DNA of 64,000 bases from Lepidodermella squamata (taxonomy: Eukaryota; Animalia; Gastrotricha), in the NCBI GenBank assembly GCA_047495785.1, contig JBLDXI010000001.1, forward strand, positions 4,278,001 through 4,342,000, written 5' to 3'. Shown one piece after another: positions 23,819 to 38,400 of the stretch (positions are counted from its first letter, which is position 1; each line of letters starts with the position of its first letter). The notes beneath the pieces were generated by a model. That model did not search any database. It saw only the letters and a list, made by a program, of their open reading frames with translations, and had not been told where the DNA came from. A program made the position numbers and the translations under genes.

Positions 23819-24833
23819 TATAATACGATCAGCTTTAATTGATGCACTCAGCTTTTGACTAATAACAACGTTATATCAGTGTTCCAGAAAAGGCGTTGAG
23901 CAATACAAGCTTAATTGCTTTCTACACTACAACACCGGCGCTCATTAACTGCTCTAGCAGGCAGAGACTATTCACGTAATATGCAACGTGAATGCGTCAC
24001 GTGTGAAGTGTTGCAACAACCACCTTTTTCTTAGGCCAGGGAGGTGCGAAATGTTTTTTCTACTCAACGCCTTTAAATATCATAAAAAACGGCTTTGAAC
24101 GTGACTGTATTACACATGTGGTGTTTGTTAATGCCATTTTTTCCTGTTAACGAGGTGCCGGCTCTTTCTCATTTGAACACAATACGAAACTTCTTGCTTT
24201 AATTCCAAGCTTTCGACCTTTCAAATCCCCTCTCTTTATGATTTCATCCACTTTCTTATGACGCAATTGCTGTGTTGAAAATAACATTGCTTTCAACGGT
24301 TGGTCATCAAAAATGTGGGTGTTGAAGTCAATTTTCGAGGTTAAATGTTTGATATACCTGCTGGCGTGGTAAACAAGTCGGTAGCGGCTGCTGAAACGCA
24401 CCAAAGATTTTAAACGCCACGTTAGAGTAATTAACAAAATGGACGAGTAAACAAATTGTGTCTTTTATGATCGAGTACCATGTTTCCCCGAGGGCAGGTA
24501 AACTTACGCCTAGCCATAGCAACCGTTGTTGTGCCGGTCTTACATGCGAACTCCCTGTTCTAAATGTATCTCATTGATTTTCCAACGTGTCAAATCTTCA
24601 ACCCAGTTAAAAAATGAAGGAAGAGTGCTTCTTTTATAACTGAATGAAGATAATGGAGTATTATATATAGGAAATTTTACTACAACCTGCAACAAAAGCG
24701 TGAATGAGGAAAAACAATTTAAGTAACTCGTCATCACGTAAAGCTCAAGTGTCTAAAGTAACTACTGGTAATATGACAGTGCATTCTTCACATTTTGCTG
24801 CTTATAAAGCTATTAGAGGAATGCCAATATGAA

Positions 24834-26656
24834 ATGGCGAAGTCAACAGGCCTCGTAAAAATTATCGCATTTTTGTCCATAACCTATGTCTGTCTCAAGT
24901 ACACGGCTCCTGGTAAATATCTAGGAAAGCAACTGCTCGCCCAGCTGCATCGGAGCCCTGCGACCGTCAAACTCTTGAAAGCAGTAAAGGCCCATATAAG
25001 CCAAAGGCAGCATGAGATCGGCGATGAAGGGGCCCTTTTCTACGAGGGCTATCGTCTCAGCCAAGTTGGCCAATTGAAAGACGCTGTTTCTCTATTGAAC
25101 GAGTCATGGCGGGTGTACAATCTGTCGAAAGAAGCCGGTTCAATGCCAACCATATACCTGTACAGCATTCTCGACCATTTGCAGTACAACTTGTATCGAC
25201 AATCTGATATTCAAGGAGCTGTCGCAATGTGCAAAGCGGCTCTTGATTCACCCGAGTTGGAAAATGACGAAGATCAACGCCGGTTTTTTACTACGCGTGC
25301 TTTGAATATGGACGTCGAAGTTGCTATAAAGAAATCACAAAATGATCTGCTGAATCACTCTATTCCTGTGATTTTCAAACCCGGCGATGAGAAAATCGTG
25401 CTTGAAATGGCAGAAATTTACGACAAGCATAAACATTTCATTTATGCATATCGATTAGGGTTGGAGGTTTGGCGGATTTACAATGCTTCGATAGACCATG
25501 GCCTGGAGCCGAAAATCATTTTGGTCGATTTGCTTGAGTCGTTGATAGACTTCACGCAAGGGTTGCAGCTTTATAGAGAAAGCAAAACTTATTCGGAAGT
25601 TTTGAAACAGCATTTGAAAGGCCTTAGCAACGACAGACTAGCTAGTTTGGAGAGAAAATTCAGATTTGTGGATGACAACGTTGTGCTCGAATATTTAAAG
25701 GTAAGCCGTACTTTCTTTGAATTTTCCTTATCTGCTGATTTTTGTAGAAAAATGGAACACAACTTGACACAGCTCCAGAAGAGATTCAAGTTGAGAAAGC
25801 AAAGGAGCTCGAAAGGATCATGCGGTACGATCTATGTCGGGATGATTCTGACCTTGTGAAGAGTTTAAAGAAACTGCATGAGGACCCCAAACTCTACTGC
25901 CGATATTCGAACCGCGGGAGGCATCCTTTACTAATATTAGCTCCTGTGAAGGAAGAAATTCTCAACTACGACCCTATCGCTGTCATATTCCACGACTTTG
26001 TTCGACCAGAAACTGCGAAGAGGCTGATGAAAGAAGCTGAGCCACAATTAATGCAAGCAGGCACGATAAACCATCAAATGGGCGGTTCGAATTTCAATTA
26101 CAACGATAGAAGGTCGCGCCACACCTGGATCAAGTCACAGAATTACCCTGATTTCACGCGACGAGTTGAGGCTGTCCTCGCGCTGGATCCAACTGACAAC
26201 GTTGGTTGTGAAATGTATCAAGTTAACAAGTATGGAATAGGTGGTCATTACGGCGAGCATCCCGATTACATGTTTCCGACAGTTCATCCTGGCGGGGACA
26301 GGATAGCTACCCTGTTACTCTACTTTAATGATGTTGAGAGTGGTGGATCGACCATTTTCACCCGACTAGGGCTGAGAGTAGCACCGGAACAAGGCTCTGG
26401 GCTGTTCTGGTACAATATTCACCGCAACGAAAGCATCGACCCCAGAACTCACCATATGGCCTGCCCCTTGAAAAGCGGCACGAAATGGGTTGCTAACAAA
26501 TGGTTTCATTTCCGCGGCCAGTTCCACCACAAACCTTGCGGTTTGACCGAATTTGAGCCGTTCTCTCTCAAGGATTTCGTCCTACCAAAATGGATGCGCA
26601 TGAAGCCCACAAACTTCAAATATGTAGGGCAATTACCCCCTGAATATACCTTCTGA
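24834..26656 (+). CDS. P4HA: Prolyl 4-hydroxylase alpha subunit-like (2OG-Fe(II) dioxygenase), about 591 aa
   Basis: Exons 24834-25700 and 25748-26656 in frame. N-terminal hydrophobic segment; LILAPVKEE, GGHYGEHPDY (HxD), RIATLLLYFNDVESGGSTIF, THHMACP..GTKWVANKWFH. AATAAA immediately after the stop. Confidence 0.92.
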
Positions 26657-26707
26657 AATAAAAATAGCCGCCGTACTCATGTTTATTCATGAACTATATT
26701 CAGGGCA

Positions 26708-29700
26708 CTAAGCTATCACGGTTAAGGCCTGTTTTTCTGCGTGGCTACCCGGTCCATTTTGTCTCGAATGTCTACTCGCCTCAACATCAGTTCCGGAGCC
26801 TGATAATTGAGTCTGTAAAATCCATAATAATTCAAATATCCTAGTTTTTTTCAAATAGACCTACATCATTTGTAGCAGAATCGTCGTCCTTACGAACTGC
26901 GAGGGGATTTTTAGGTAGTAAATTGTCCACCCACATCAGTTCTTCTTGCGTAAAGACGAAGTCGAGCAGCTTTCGAATCGCAATCATGACGACAAGCTAG
27001 TATAAAATAAGAAATTGACTAATTACGGCAATCCTCTTTTGAATGACTCAACTTACGACTAGGACAAAGCAGATAGACACAGCTTTGATCTCCTTTATCA
27101 CCCAGAGGAAGATGAACGCTGAAAGCTGAATCAGAGTGAATAAATGAACGCGCCAGGTTTTCATGTGTCGAAGGAAGGGTAAATCAGGCTGATACTTCAC
27201 CGGCATGAAGAACAGCAGAATTCGTCGAAATAAGTGTGAAGTTCCAAGGGCAGACATGCCCATGTAAAGGAAGATCCCGTAAAGCACCGGCATTGGGATG
27301 AAATTAAGTACACTTCGAAGAGGAATAGCGCAGCCAATTAGAATGAAGACGAAGAGGCCAGTAACCCGCTGTTCGATTGTTCCTAAGAATTGTGGCTGCT
27401 CACCGGGAGCAGATGTTTCGCTCTCCTTCCTGAGGGCTGTGACATGAGTTAGGGACTGAACTGTCGCCGCTACGAAATAGGGAAGTCCGAAGCAGGCACA
27501 AAATGCAACATGGATTGTAATCACAAATAGGTCTAAATGATATCCATTCCCTTTCTGAAAAACAACAATTTCATTCGATTGAATAAATTTATGAATCAGA
27601 ATTTACCTTCAGCTTATGGTCTTTTCGATTCACAATTACTGCGGTGATTTGCTGATCCATGAAGAGTAGAATTGAAAGTAGAAGAGCGGGCAAAGCAGAG
27701 GCGAAAATGGTCCAGACTGGGTTAAGGAAAGGATTGGCAAGCCAACCCCTACCGTGCTTCGTCGGAGCAAAATCAGCCGGTACAGCTAGCTTTTCTGTGG
27801 GCAGCCCAACAAAAAAGTCAAGGGCGACCATTGAGAAAATCGCAATAGAAACCCCGAAGTCACTTATCAAGCTGCGAATTTTCTGAGGAAAGAAAGGTGT
27901 ATTCCGGAAGCTTGTCAACAGAAACGATAAAGAACAAGTTCCAATGAAAATAAGGCACGAAAACAGAAAGATGTCAGGAACCGGTTGCCTGAAGCCACAA
28001 CCCTCTCCAACTTGTATGCATACAGTATTGTCTGAAACACATTGAGTAAGGTCTAGCAGTTTGCAGTCTTGAATAGTCGCATTCTCAAAGACTAATGATG
28101 CATTTTTGTAGTAACTAGTTGCATTTTGGGGCCAATCGCAGTAACAAGTGTAGTTTCTATCCATGGCTGTAGGCGTTGATAGGCCATACTTCTTATAAGT
28201 TGTTCGAATTGATATGAAGGCCTCAGCAATGAAAATTACGGAAATCAAAGTTGCGAAACACTCCTCGGTGAAGCGTGTAATCAGCTGGACTAAACAGCTC
28301 AAGTCGAACATTACAATGATCAGCAAAAACAGTGTGGTCCACATTCCGACCCAAAATCGGAGGGATAAGTAGTCCAAGTCATTCGGGATCGCGAATTCAT
28401 ACATGATTTTCTCGAAAAGCAAAACAGGCCCAGTCGAGCCAATCATTGTCAATGGCTGGCCGGAAAATAGGTGATATGTTGTCCCGCAAACTGTTCCGGT
28501 TAGGATTGACTCAAATGCAGCCATATTTTGCCCGGTTGCCTGACCTAACAATCCTCCGAATGTAACAATAGGCGCCAGGGTTGCGAAGAATAGGTAGATT
28601 GTAGCCGCAATGCATTTCGGACTGAAGGCGTCGCGGAAATCAGATAAATACCATGGGACTTTCCGCTTGATATCAGCAAGAAGGCCACCGAAAACCACGC
28701 CAGTCCTTTGCAAAGTTGGGTCGATGATGCTATGATTTTCGATTTCATCGTTCTGACTCTGTTTCTTCAACAGCTCATCAATCGCATTAGCACTTGAGGA
28801 CGGTGGTGATCCGCCTGGTAGCTGCAGTTCATCTTTACCCCTGAATCGCACCTGGTCAGATTCAGGCACTGAAATTTGCCTATTATGCAAAGTTGGCTTG
28901 TTGACTGAGAGAATTCGCTCCGACGAGGCGGAGTGGCGGAGAAGGTTTACTTTTCTCTGATCACTGCCGGGCACTTTTTTCGGCGGATCGATGCGGATAT
29001 TCGGGTCCCATTCACTCGGAGGTAGGGCGATTAGTTTGTCCATGAACTCATCAAGGCCCGCTAGTAAATCTTCACGATTCGCGCTTCGATAAGCAATGTC
29101 TCGAAAGATATCATCGGCCATAAGAGTTTCCATGCTTCGACCAACGTCCCTTAATTCCTTAGCTCGCGATGTTGGGCCCAACACTATGAAAACAAAACGA
29201 GTAGGCAAGGCAACCTCGGAACATTCTGCGAGTGTAACGCGGGTTGAAAGCCTGAGGAAGGCCGCGACAGTGGTTTCCAAGTAATCGACACCTCCAACTA
29301 AACAAGTCGAAACCTCTGAGTCTGGAGAAAGCTTTCGAGCAAAGTTTTGATTAGGCTTGAATTTGTGGTGGCTCTCGACGCTGATTGTATCACCAGGGTG
29401 TTCAGAATGGGTCTCTAGAGGTGCATCTAAAGGAAATCATAAAAGAAAAGATGAGTAAGGCCAATCAAGTTTACCTTCATCGATTCTCCAAGCCGAAAGC
29501 TTCTTCCCTATCTCGGATAAGCTTCTTTTGATCATCGGGCCTTCCCTTTCGTGTTGATGTACGTGTTTGAGTTGCAAGGTCTGCGCAACCATATCTCGCA
29601 AATCAGGATTGAGAAGTTTCATATCAACCATGCCATCAGCCACCACATTAGCGAGTTGAGTATAAGACTGTACATCAACATCTAGCTGGATGAGACCGTG

Positions 29701-30186
29701 CCCAAGGTGCTCGTTCAACTCAAAAAGAGCCCGCATAGGTAAGGCAGCTACGAACGGCTTCGACCAACGCCCTCCGCCTGCTTCGACATCCTCCTCAAAA
29801 CGGACCCATCTCGCAGATTCGTACCAAACCCCATCGATGAGCTCTTCCAATTCACAGAATAACCGGCATGATTCTTCGTTGCTCGTGCCGTCTTCGTTGA
29901 AGAGAAGTTCCGCCAATCTTTCCGCTCCGGGATCGTCAGCGAGCGCAAATGAGCCGGAGTAAGGGAGACCTACATGGTTACTAGGGTTAGTAGCCTCCCC
30001 TTCCACTATCACTGTGACTCCATGATTTATAATTTTTAATTGGTGGTCTAATATTCAAGTTTAATGATAACACAACGGTTAATGAATGAGTTGTAGCATA
30101 CCTTCTGTTTTCTCAGCTCGATTTGGATTCTTGCGATCGACCATCGGGCTGGATGTCGCTGAGTCGTCGATGAAAAACGATGCCAT
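26708..30186 (-). CDS. SLC4: SLC4 bicarbonate transporter, copy 3 (compact)
   Basis: Exons 30186-30102, 30047-29475, 29426-27607, 27554-27057, 26996-26865, 26812-26708. Starts MASFFIDD; core motifs present. Confidence 0.93.
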
Positions 30187-31148
30187 AGTCAGCACAAAAC
30201 AGGATGACTGTCTGGTCGAGTTCTTTTGATAACGTTGTCATTAACTAGAAATCAACAAATAATTCAAAAGACAGGGATTTTTGACGTTTTAATAATTAAT
30301 GTGGCCACTACAGGGCCAGTCTTATTCATAATCAAGCACGGAGGTAGTAAAATAGACACATAGAGCTATAAAATCAGCTTTCATTCAGTATGCGGCGCAA
30401 TTTCCGCACGCAATTTATGTCGAGAGCTGTAGGCAACATGCCGGCATTCAGCCGCGTATTAGTTCATTTAAATCAAAAGCCCTTCTTCTCTCACGTTTTA
30501 CGTGCTTAAGAGCGATCAATTACTCTTAGTCGCAATGTTTATACTGTCTTAGCTCTACTACCCACTGGCCTATGACGGACAATTATCCAGCTCACTGAAA
30601 TGGCGCGTATACTGCGTGGTGTATCAATGGCGTGGCTATTTTCCTCCAATATCGCACCTCAAATTGACGTAAAACGGTGATAAAAAACTACGTGGTTGAG
30701 ATAAAAATCCGATAACAGCACGCCTCAAAGTTGCAAGAGGCAAGTTCCGGCAGAATGGATGAAAAAATAGCCACCGAAATCGGGCGTGTGTAGCTCTAGT
30801 TATTTCTAACTAACGAGCCGAAGCTATTGATGATTGCCGCTATGCATTTGTTTGCTGGTTGTCTACCTACCAACCAGCCATATGTGTGGCAAGTTAATTA
30901 ATTCAAACGTGTGATAAAATCGATACATTCCAGCAAAGTCACACATTACAGCAGGCTTTTCGCCTTAGCTTTCGGCTAACTCAATTAAGTAAAATTGAGC
31001 CAGATTACCGCAGGCAAAAGTAGACCTGATTTTTTTCGCTGCATATTTATTTTCGGCATACATGTATCAAGCTTATTTACAAACTAAACCTAGAAAAATT
31101 GCAGTGGAACAAAAAAATAGGATAATTCAGTCATCGGTATGAGTTCAT

Positions 31149-34100
31149 CTAACTTTCCGGCTCCGCTCGAGGCGCTTCTCCTTTCTGACCTGCTTTAGCC
31201 TTCTTCTTCTTAAATTTCTCCTTCGCGGTTTTCGTTTTTGATTGTTCCAAAAGCTTCTCCTGAAGTTGAAGTAGTATTATATGGGAATGACGTCTTTTTA
31301 TTGAAAAACTTACTTCCCCTTTGTCCTCAACGTTCGTCGCGACTGCTAGCGGATTTCTCGGCAAGACATCATCTACCCATCGCAGTTCATCTTGAGTGAA
31401 CACAAAATCGAGTAATTTTCGCACAATGACCATGATGACAAGCTGAAAATTGCAAAACATTTATATTACATTCATCTAAATTAAAGACTGGCCTCACCAT
31501 CATAATAAAAAGGATTGAGATCGATTTGACCTGTTTAATCACCCAAAGGCCGATGAAAGCTACGAGCTGTATCAACGTGAAGACATGAACCCGCCAGGTC
31601 TTCATGTGCCTTAGATAAGGAGCGTCTGGTTGATACTTGATGGGCATGAAGAAAAGCAGCAGGCGTTGATAGAACTGAGACGTTTGAAGAGCTGCTAAAC
31701 CCATGAAGAGGAATACACCGTACAACACAGGCATCGGGATGAATTTAAGGATGCCTCTCAGAGGGACTGAGCATCCTATCAGGAGGAAAACCAGAAATCC
31801 GGTAACCCTTTGCTCGATTAATCCAAGGAATCGAGGTTGCTCTCCTGGAGCAGAAGTTTCGGACTGCTTTCTCAATGCATTGACATGGGTAATCGACAAT
31901 ACTGTGGCCGCAACGAAATACGGCAGTCCAAAGAAGGCACAGAAAATGATATGAAGGCATAGGACAAAGAGGTCCAAGTGGTATCCTTTCCCTTTCTTCA
32001 GATGGAACAAACTTTATGCAACCGGCCAAAATAAAACACAATCCTCACCTTAAGTTTGTGCTCCCGTCGATTGACGATCACAGCCGTAATTTGCTGATCC
32101 ATGAAGAGTAAAACAGCGAGTAGACTTGCAGGAGCGGCAGTGACGGGAATCGTCCACACTGGATTGGCGAATGGGTCTGCGATCCATGGTCTGCCGGGTT
32201 TAGTCGGGGCGAAATCTTGTGGCACCCTGAGCTTATCAGTAGGTAACCCTACAAAGAAATCCAGAGCTATCATAGAGCAGATCGAGATCGATACAGCAAA
32301 GTCTCCGACCAAGTTGCGAACCTAGAAAACAATTTGAATTTGACGTGATTGACCTCGGAAAATCTTACGGATGAGGTGAAGAATGAAGTGAATCGAAAGC
32401 TCCTGAGGCCGAAAGAGAGCCCACACGTTCCGATAAATAAGAGGCAAGAGAATAGGAAAACGTCTGGAACCGGTGGTGCCAAACCGCAACCTGGGCCAAC
32501 CTTCGCACAAAAAGGATCCATAACTTCACACTGAGTCAAATTTAGTAAGGAACAGCTCAGCTCAGCTCTTGATACATTGGCCAAATGTTGAGGAATTGTC
32601 GTATTTGGTCTAACAGGCTGATCAGAGCATAGGCAAGTATAATTCCCAGCCAATAGCTCTGGAGTCGAGATTCCGTTCTTCTTGTAAATTCCATGAATTG
32701 CGACAAACGCTTCGAAGATGAAGATAACTGAGATCAGAGTCGCGAAGCACTCTTCGGTGAATCGAGTGATCAACTGAACGAGGGCACTGAGGTCGAAGGC
32801 TACTATCAGGAATAGATAGAATGCCGTCCAAATCCCGACCCAAAAACGTAGGGTCAGATAATTCATGTCATTCTCACTAGCGAATGTGTACATGATCTTC
32901 TCGAAAACTAGGACAGGACCTGTTGATCCGATGATAGTCAACGGCTGACCAGAGAAGAGATGATAAGTTGTGCCACATGTTGCCCCAGTAAGGATGGACT
33001 CAAACGCTGCCATATTGTTGTCAGTTGCCAGACCGAGGAGGCCTCCGAATGTAACAATAGGGGCGAGGCATGCGAAAAATAGGAAAATTACGGCGGCAAG
33101 GCATTGGGCACTGAAGGCATCGCGATAATCTGAAAGGTACCAGGGGAACTTTCGTTTGACATCCGCTATCAAACCGCCGAAAATGCGCCCAGTTCTTTGC
33201 AGGGTTGGATCAACTCCATGGGCTTCGTGTTCTTGCTCTTCCTCTTGTCGCTTGCGGAATTCCTCCAAAGCTGCACAGACAGATTGACGAGCTCGTAACT
33301 GGGCCGGGACGTCATAATCTGCCTCGGAGTCTTTTAGGTGCAAATCAACTGAGCTGATTTTGTGGCTTGCAGGCTGATTTGTTGGGATAGACATGTCGCT
33401 TGGCCACTGTCGGATCACATTTACCTTTCTAGTATCGCTACTCGGGACTTTCTTAGGTGGCTCGATCCTAACCTTAGGATCCCACTCACTTGGTGGAAGG
33501 GCTGTCACTTTTTCCATAAATTCCATTAGGCCTGTGAGGTAATCTTCGCGACAAATGCTTCGATAAGCTACGTCTCGAAAAATGTCATCAGCCATAACTG
33601 TTCCCATTGCTCGACCCAATTCGTGGAGTTCCTTACTACGAGATGTAGGTCCGAGAGCAACGAATACGAACCGTGTTGGCAATGCGACTTCAGAGCATTC
33701 TTGAAAGGAAACTTTAGTCTTAAGCCTTACAAAAGCAGCTACAGTGGTTTCAATGAAATCAACAGCTCCAACCATTGACGTAGATGCCTCCGAGTCTTGG
33801 GCTAGTTTTTTGGCGAAATGCTCATTTTTCTTGAAACGGCGCTGAGCTGATCCATCTGCTGCAGGCTCAGCCATACTTTCAGGGTTACTAGGCATTGTTG
33901 CATCTAGAGTCAACATAAATTATAATTTACTTTGAATTAGCTCAAGGCATTCCCAACTCACCTTCCTCGATTCTCCATGTCGAAAATCGTCGTCCTATCT
34001 CTGATAGGCCTCTTTTAAGCAACGGACCACCTCTTTCATGTTGGTGAATGTGACGTAGTTTTAACAGCTCGGCTATGCGATCCTTATGCTGTGGAGTAAC

Positions 34101-34745
34101 GAGTTTACTCTCAGCCAAGCTCTCGGCAATTAGAGCGGTTAGTTCAGCAAAAGATTGGACCTCTACATCAAGCATAACAGCTCCGTGATTGAAGTGATGG
34201 CGGAGTTCGAAGAGAGCTGACATGGGAATTGAGGCGACGAATGGCTTGGACCATCTATCGCCCCCAATTTCGACATCCTCCTCAAAACGGACCCATCGGG
34301 CTGACTCGTACCAGACACCATCGTGTAGTTCTTCCAGCTCGCAAAACAGCTTACATAACTCTTCTTGAGGACCATCAGGGAACAAAAGCTCAGCTAGACG
34401 TTCCTTATCGGCCTCAACTGGGGGTCAAGTTCAGGGATGAGTTTAATGACGAAAAGTTCAATCTTACTCGTATTCACGCTGTTGGTAGATCCCAGACCAG
34501 CATCGCTCCCACCTCGCCGCTGCCTCCTCAAGTTTCCCTCTGGAGTTGGAGGGGCCAGTAGGTTGCGGGAGGCTAGAAATTCTTTATAAGGAAACTCAAG
34601 GAAAGCTCAAAGCCTCACATCTTGTATCTCCGCATTCTTCGGTGAGAATAGCTTGTACCCGATTCGGGAGAGGGCCAGTAGCCTTCCGCTCGTTCGGAGG
34701 ACTATGATTCGGCGAGTCCGCATCATCGATAAAAAAATTTGCCAT
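31149..34745 (-). CDS. SLC4: SLC4 bicarbonate transporter, copy 4 (compact)
   Basis: Exons 34745-34619, 34572-34468, 34417-33962, 33903-32369, 32321-32049, 31995-31498, 31442-31314, 31259-31149. Starts MANFFIDD; Lys-rich tail. Confidence 0.93.
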
Positions 34746-35466
34746 CTTCAAGAAATTGAATCATTTAATAAGTCTTCCGTCTCCAGTCCTAATGAAGTAT
34801 TATTGGACAAACTCTCAAGTTCAGTTACCGGCATTGCTTTAATCAATCATAGAGAAGCCTGGAGCGTATCAAAACAAATCGTTAAGAAAACACTGAGCAT
34901 GTGATTATTTCTGTTAAATTTTTATGCCAAAAATACTGGAAATTATGTAAAAATGCTAGTTTTCCTCCTTACATCGCGCGAAGTTCTTGCAAGGTGATAT
35001 GTACATCGCAGCTTCACAGCGAAGCATCGATTGCAATTGAATGCTGAATATTAATGAAGGTAGGATCAAATCGACGAAATATCAAGTAACTAACAACCCT
35101 ATATTTTGTGTACTCAACACTGGGACTGGTGTTTTTACTACCACGCCGGTAGTGTTTGCTTTAGGTCCCCATCGATCAGCACCAAATAGGAAAAATTAAA
35201 CGCACCTGAGATGAAAAAATTTCATATTTTTATTATGTACTTGTGCGGTTTTCTCTACGCTGAGTGATGAATGATGAAATAAGAAGTTTTTGACGATCAC
35301 AACACCAGCTTTTTGCATGCTAAGATGTGGCTTCGTTAAAAATAATATACCAAGAACCGGTATTAAATCTCGATAGTATCAGAATACTCTATAGCAACGA
35401 AGATTGATGGGAAAAACAAGGATGCTATAGGAATTTTTCACGATCTATTGACAAATTGCACCAAAC

Positions 35467-38400
35467 TCAAGCAGGAGCCGGCTCAGATTGCAGAGGTATC
35501 GATTCATGCGTTGATTTCTCCGGACTGCCTCTTTTACGGATGACATTGCCATTCTGCTGAACACTTGCCTGTAAATGAAGATTATGAATTCAAGCCTTTT
35601 AATGGTGATGGGATTCTTACCTCTGTGTCCTTAGGCGGTTTGTAAACAGCCAATGGGTTTTTCGGAAGCGGATCATCAACCCATCGCAGTTCATCTTGCG
35701 TGAAAACAAAATCCAGCAGTTTACGTACTGCAACCATAATAACGAGCTAAATAATAAACGTTAGTGATCAAAGATCATTTAAATAATCAGAATTTACCAT
35801 AAGAATGAACAAAATGGAAATTGATTTGATTTCTTTGATAACCCACAGCCCTACGAAGGCTGCGAGTTGAATTGCAGTAAACATGTGAACTCGCCAGGTC
35901 TTCATATGCCTCAGGTAGGGAGCGTCCGGCTGGTACTTGATCGGCATGAAGAAAAGCAAGATTCTCTGGTAGAACTGCGAAGTCTGCAACGCGGCGAGGC
36001 CCATGTAGAGGAAAACGCCGTACAAAACGGGCATAGGGATGAACCTGAGGATTGCCCTCAGTGGAATCGAGCAGCCGATTAGAGCGAAAACGACAAAGCC
36101 AGTGACTCGTTGTTCGATCAAGCCGAGGAAACGAGGCTGTTCACCAGGAGCTGATTCTTCCGACTGTTTCTTCAGTGAGGTTACGTGGGTGATTGAGAGG
36201 ACAGTGGCTGCTACGAAATACGGCAGACCAAATGTGGCGCAGAAGCAAACGTGAAGGGTGAGGAGGAACAAATCCAAATGGTAGCCTTTCCCCTTCTAAA
36301 AACACGGAAAATCCTGAGAACAAGCTGCAAAAACGTAACTAATAACATACCACAAGCTTATGCTCCTTTCGGTTCACAATGACCGCTGTGATTTGTTGAT
36401 CCATGAACAGAAGCACTGCTAAGAGAATAGCTGGTAGGGCTGCTCCAAAAATCATCCATACTGGGCTGTCCATAGGTCTGACGATCCACCCACGGCCAGG
36501 CTTAGTTGGGGCGAACTGATCTGGCACCATGAGTTTTGGCGTTGGGAGTCCAATGAAGAAATCAATCAGAACCATTGAAAGGATGGCAATCGACACAGCA
36601 AAATCACTGATAATATTACGAACCTATGAAATGATTCATGATTAAAAGAAATTCTAGGGCGGAAATAATTTTTCTTACTTTAGCTGGGAGGAATGGCGTA
36701 GTTCTGAATCCACGAAGTTGAAGGGCAAACCAGCAAGTTCCGACGAAAAGCAGACACGAGAAGAAGAAAACATCTGGAACAGGCTGGACCATGCCACATC
36801 CAGGGCCGACCTTGCCACACCCAACAACTTTATCACATTCACCCAGACCTATCGAGCTACAATTTCCTGCGGTTCCATTCACCAGTGAAGTGACATTCGA
36901 CCCATTTGCAGCTCCGCAGAAGCAAGTGTAGTCTTGCTCAAGTCTACCTGGAGTTGAAATTCCGTTCTTCTTATAGACGCCATATATTGCGAGGAACGCT
37001 TCGAAGATGAAAATGACGGAAATCAGAGTGGCGAAACACTCCTCGGTGAAACGTGTGATAAGACTGACTAGAGCGTTCAGGTCTAGAGCTACGATCAACA
37101 GCAAGTACAAAGCCGTCCAAGCTCCGATCCAAAATCTCGTTGGCAGGTATTCGAGGTCGTTTTCACTAGTAAATCGGTACAAAATCTTTTCGAACAAGAG
37201 CACAGGGCCAGTTGAGCCTAGAACCGTAACAGGTTGGCCGGCAAATAAATGATAAGACGTGCCGCAAACCGCACCGGTTAAAATTGATTCAAAAGCGGCC
37301 ATGTTGTTGTTGGTCGCAATACCGAGAAGACCTCCGAATGTGACAATAGGGGCCAAACACGCAAAGAACATGTAAAATATCGAGGCAACGCATTGGAAAT
37401 TGAGAGCGTCCTTGAAATCGGAAAGAAACCAAGGGGCTTTACGCTTGACATCTTCGATCAAACCTCCAAACAATCGACCGGTTCTTGACAAGGCGGGGTC
37501 CATCCCATGGCTTTCGACTTGGTATTCAGCCTGCTTTTTTAATAGTTCATCCATAACTGCGTTCAGGGGAGGAGGACTTGACCTATCGCCTTCAGCTGGC
37601 GCAGCCAAAGCTGGAGACGAAGGTGGCTTTGCATGGAAAGACCTTTCTGTGGCTATTTTACGAATTACACTTGCTTTCCGACTTTCAATAGTCGGAACGC
37701 TTTTCGGCGGCTCGATACGGATCTTCGGATCCCATTCACTTGGAGGTAGCGCGATGATTTTGTCCAGGAATTCGTCCAAACCCGCGAGAATGTCGGCCCT
37801 TGTTGAGCTGCGGTAGACAACCTCGCGGAATATATCATCGGCCATCGCGGTCTGCATAGCTCGCCCGATCTCGCGCAGGTCTTTTGCCACTGCTTTCGGG
37901 CCAAGGATCACGCAGATGAATCTCGTAGGGACTGAAACTTCGGCACATTCTTTCAGGGTGATGCGCGTCGCCAGACGGATGAAAGCTAGGACTGGGGCTG
38001 TTGCGAAATCGACCCCTCCGACTAGAGCGGTTGAAGCCTCGGAATCGGGCGAGAGTTTCTTGGCGAATCGAGCGTTTTGCCGGATTTTTCCGTCTCCCTG
38101 GAGTTGAGGACTATCCGATGGATTCTCACTCTCAACGTTACGACTCGATAGCTTCTTACCGATCTCAGACAAACCTCGCTGGATCAGAGGTCCAGATCTC
38201 TCGTATTGATGGATGTGACGCAGTTGTAGAGTTTCAACGACTTGTTTCCGGATCTCCGAAGAAATCAAATTGCGTTCGATGAAATTATCAGCTATCAGCT
38301 CGACAATCTGGTGGAAGGAATCTGCCTTCGCGTCTAACAGAACCACCCCATTTTGTAGGTGGGAGCGGAGTTCGAATAAAGCTCGCATTGATAGCGCAGC

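Noticed and set aside
24147-24737. Three minus-strand ORF pieces between copy 2 and P4H
   Set aside because: No consistent splice path or recognisable motif.
25701-25859. Apparent frameshift splitting P4H into two ORFs
   Set aside because: Resolved by the 47-nt intron 25701-25747.
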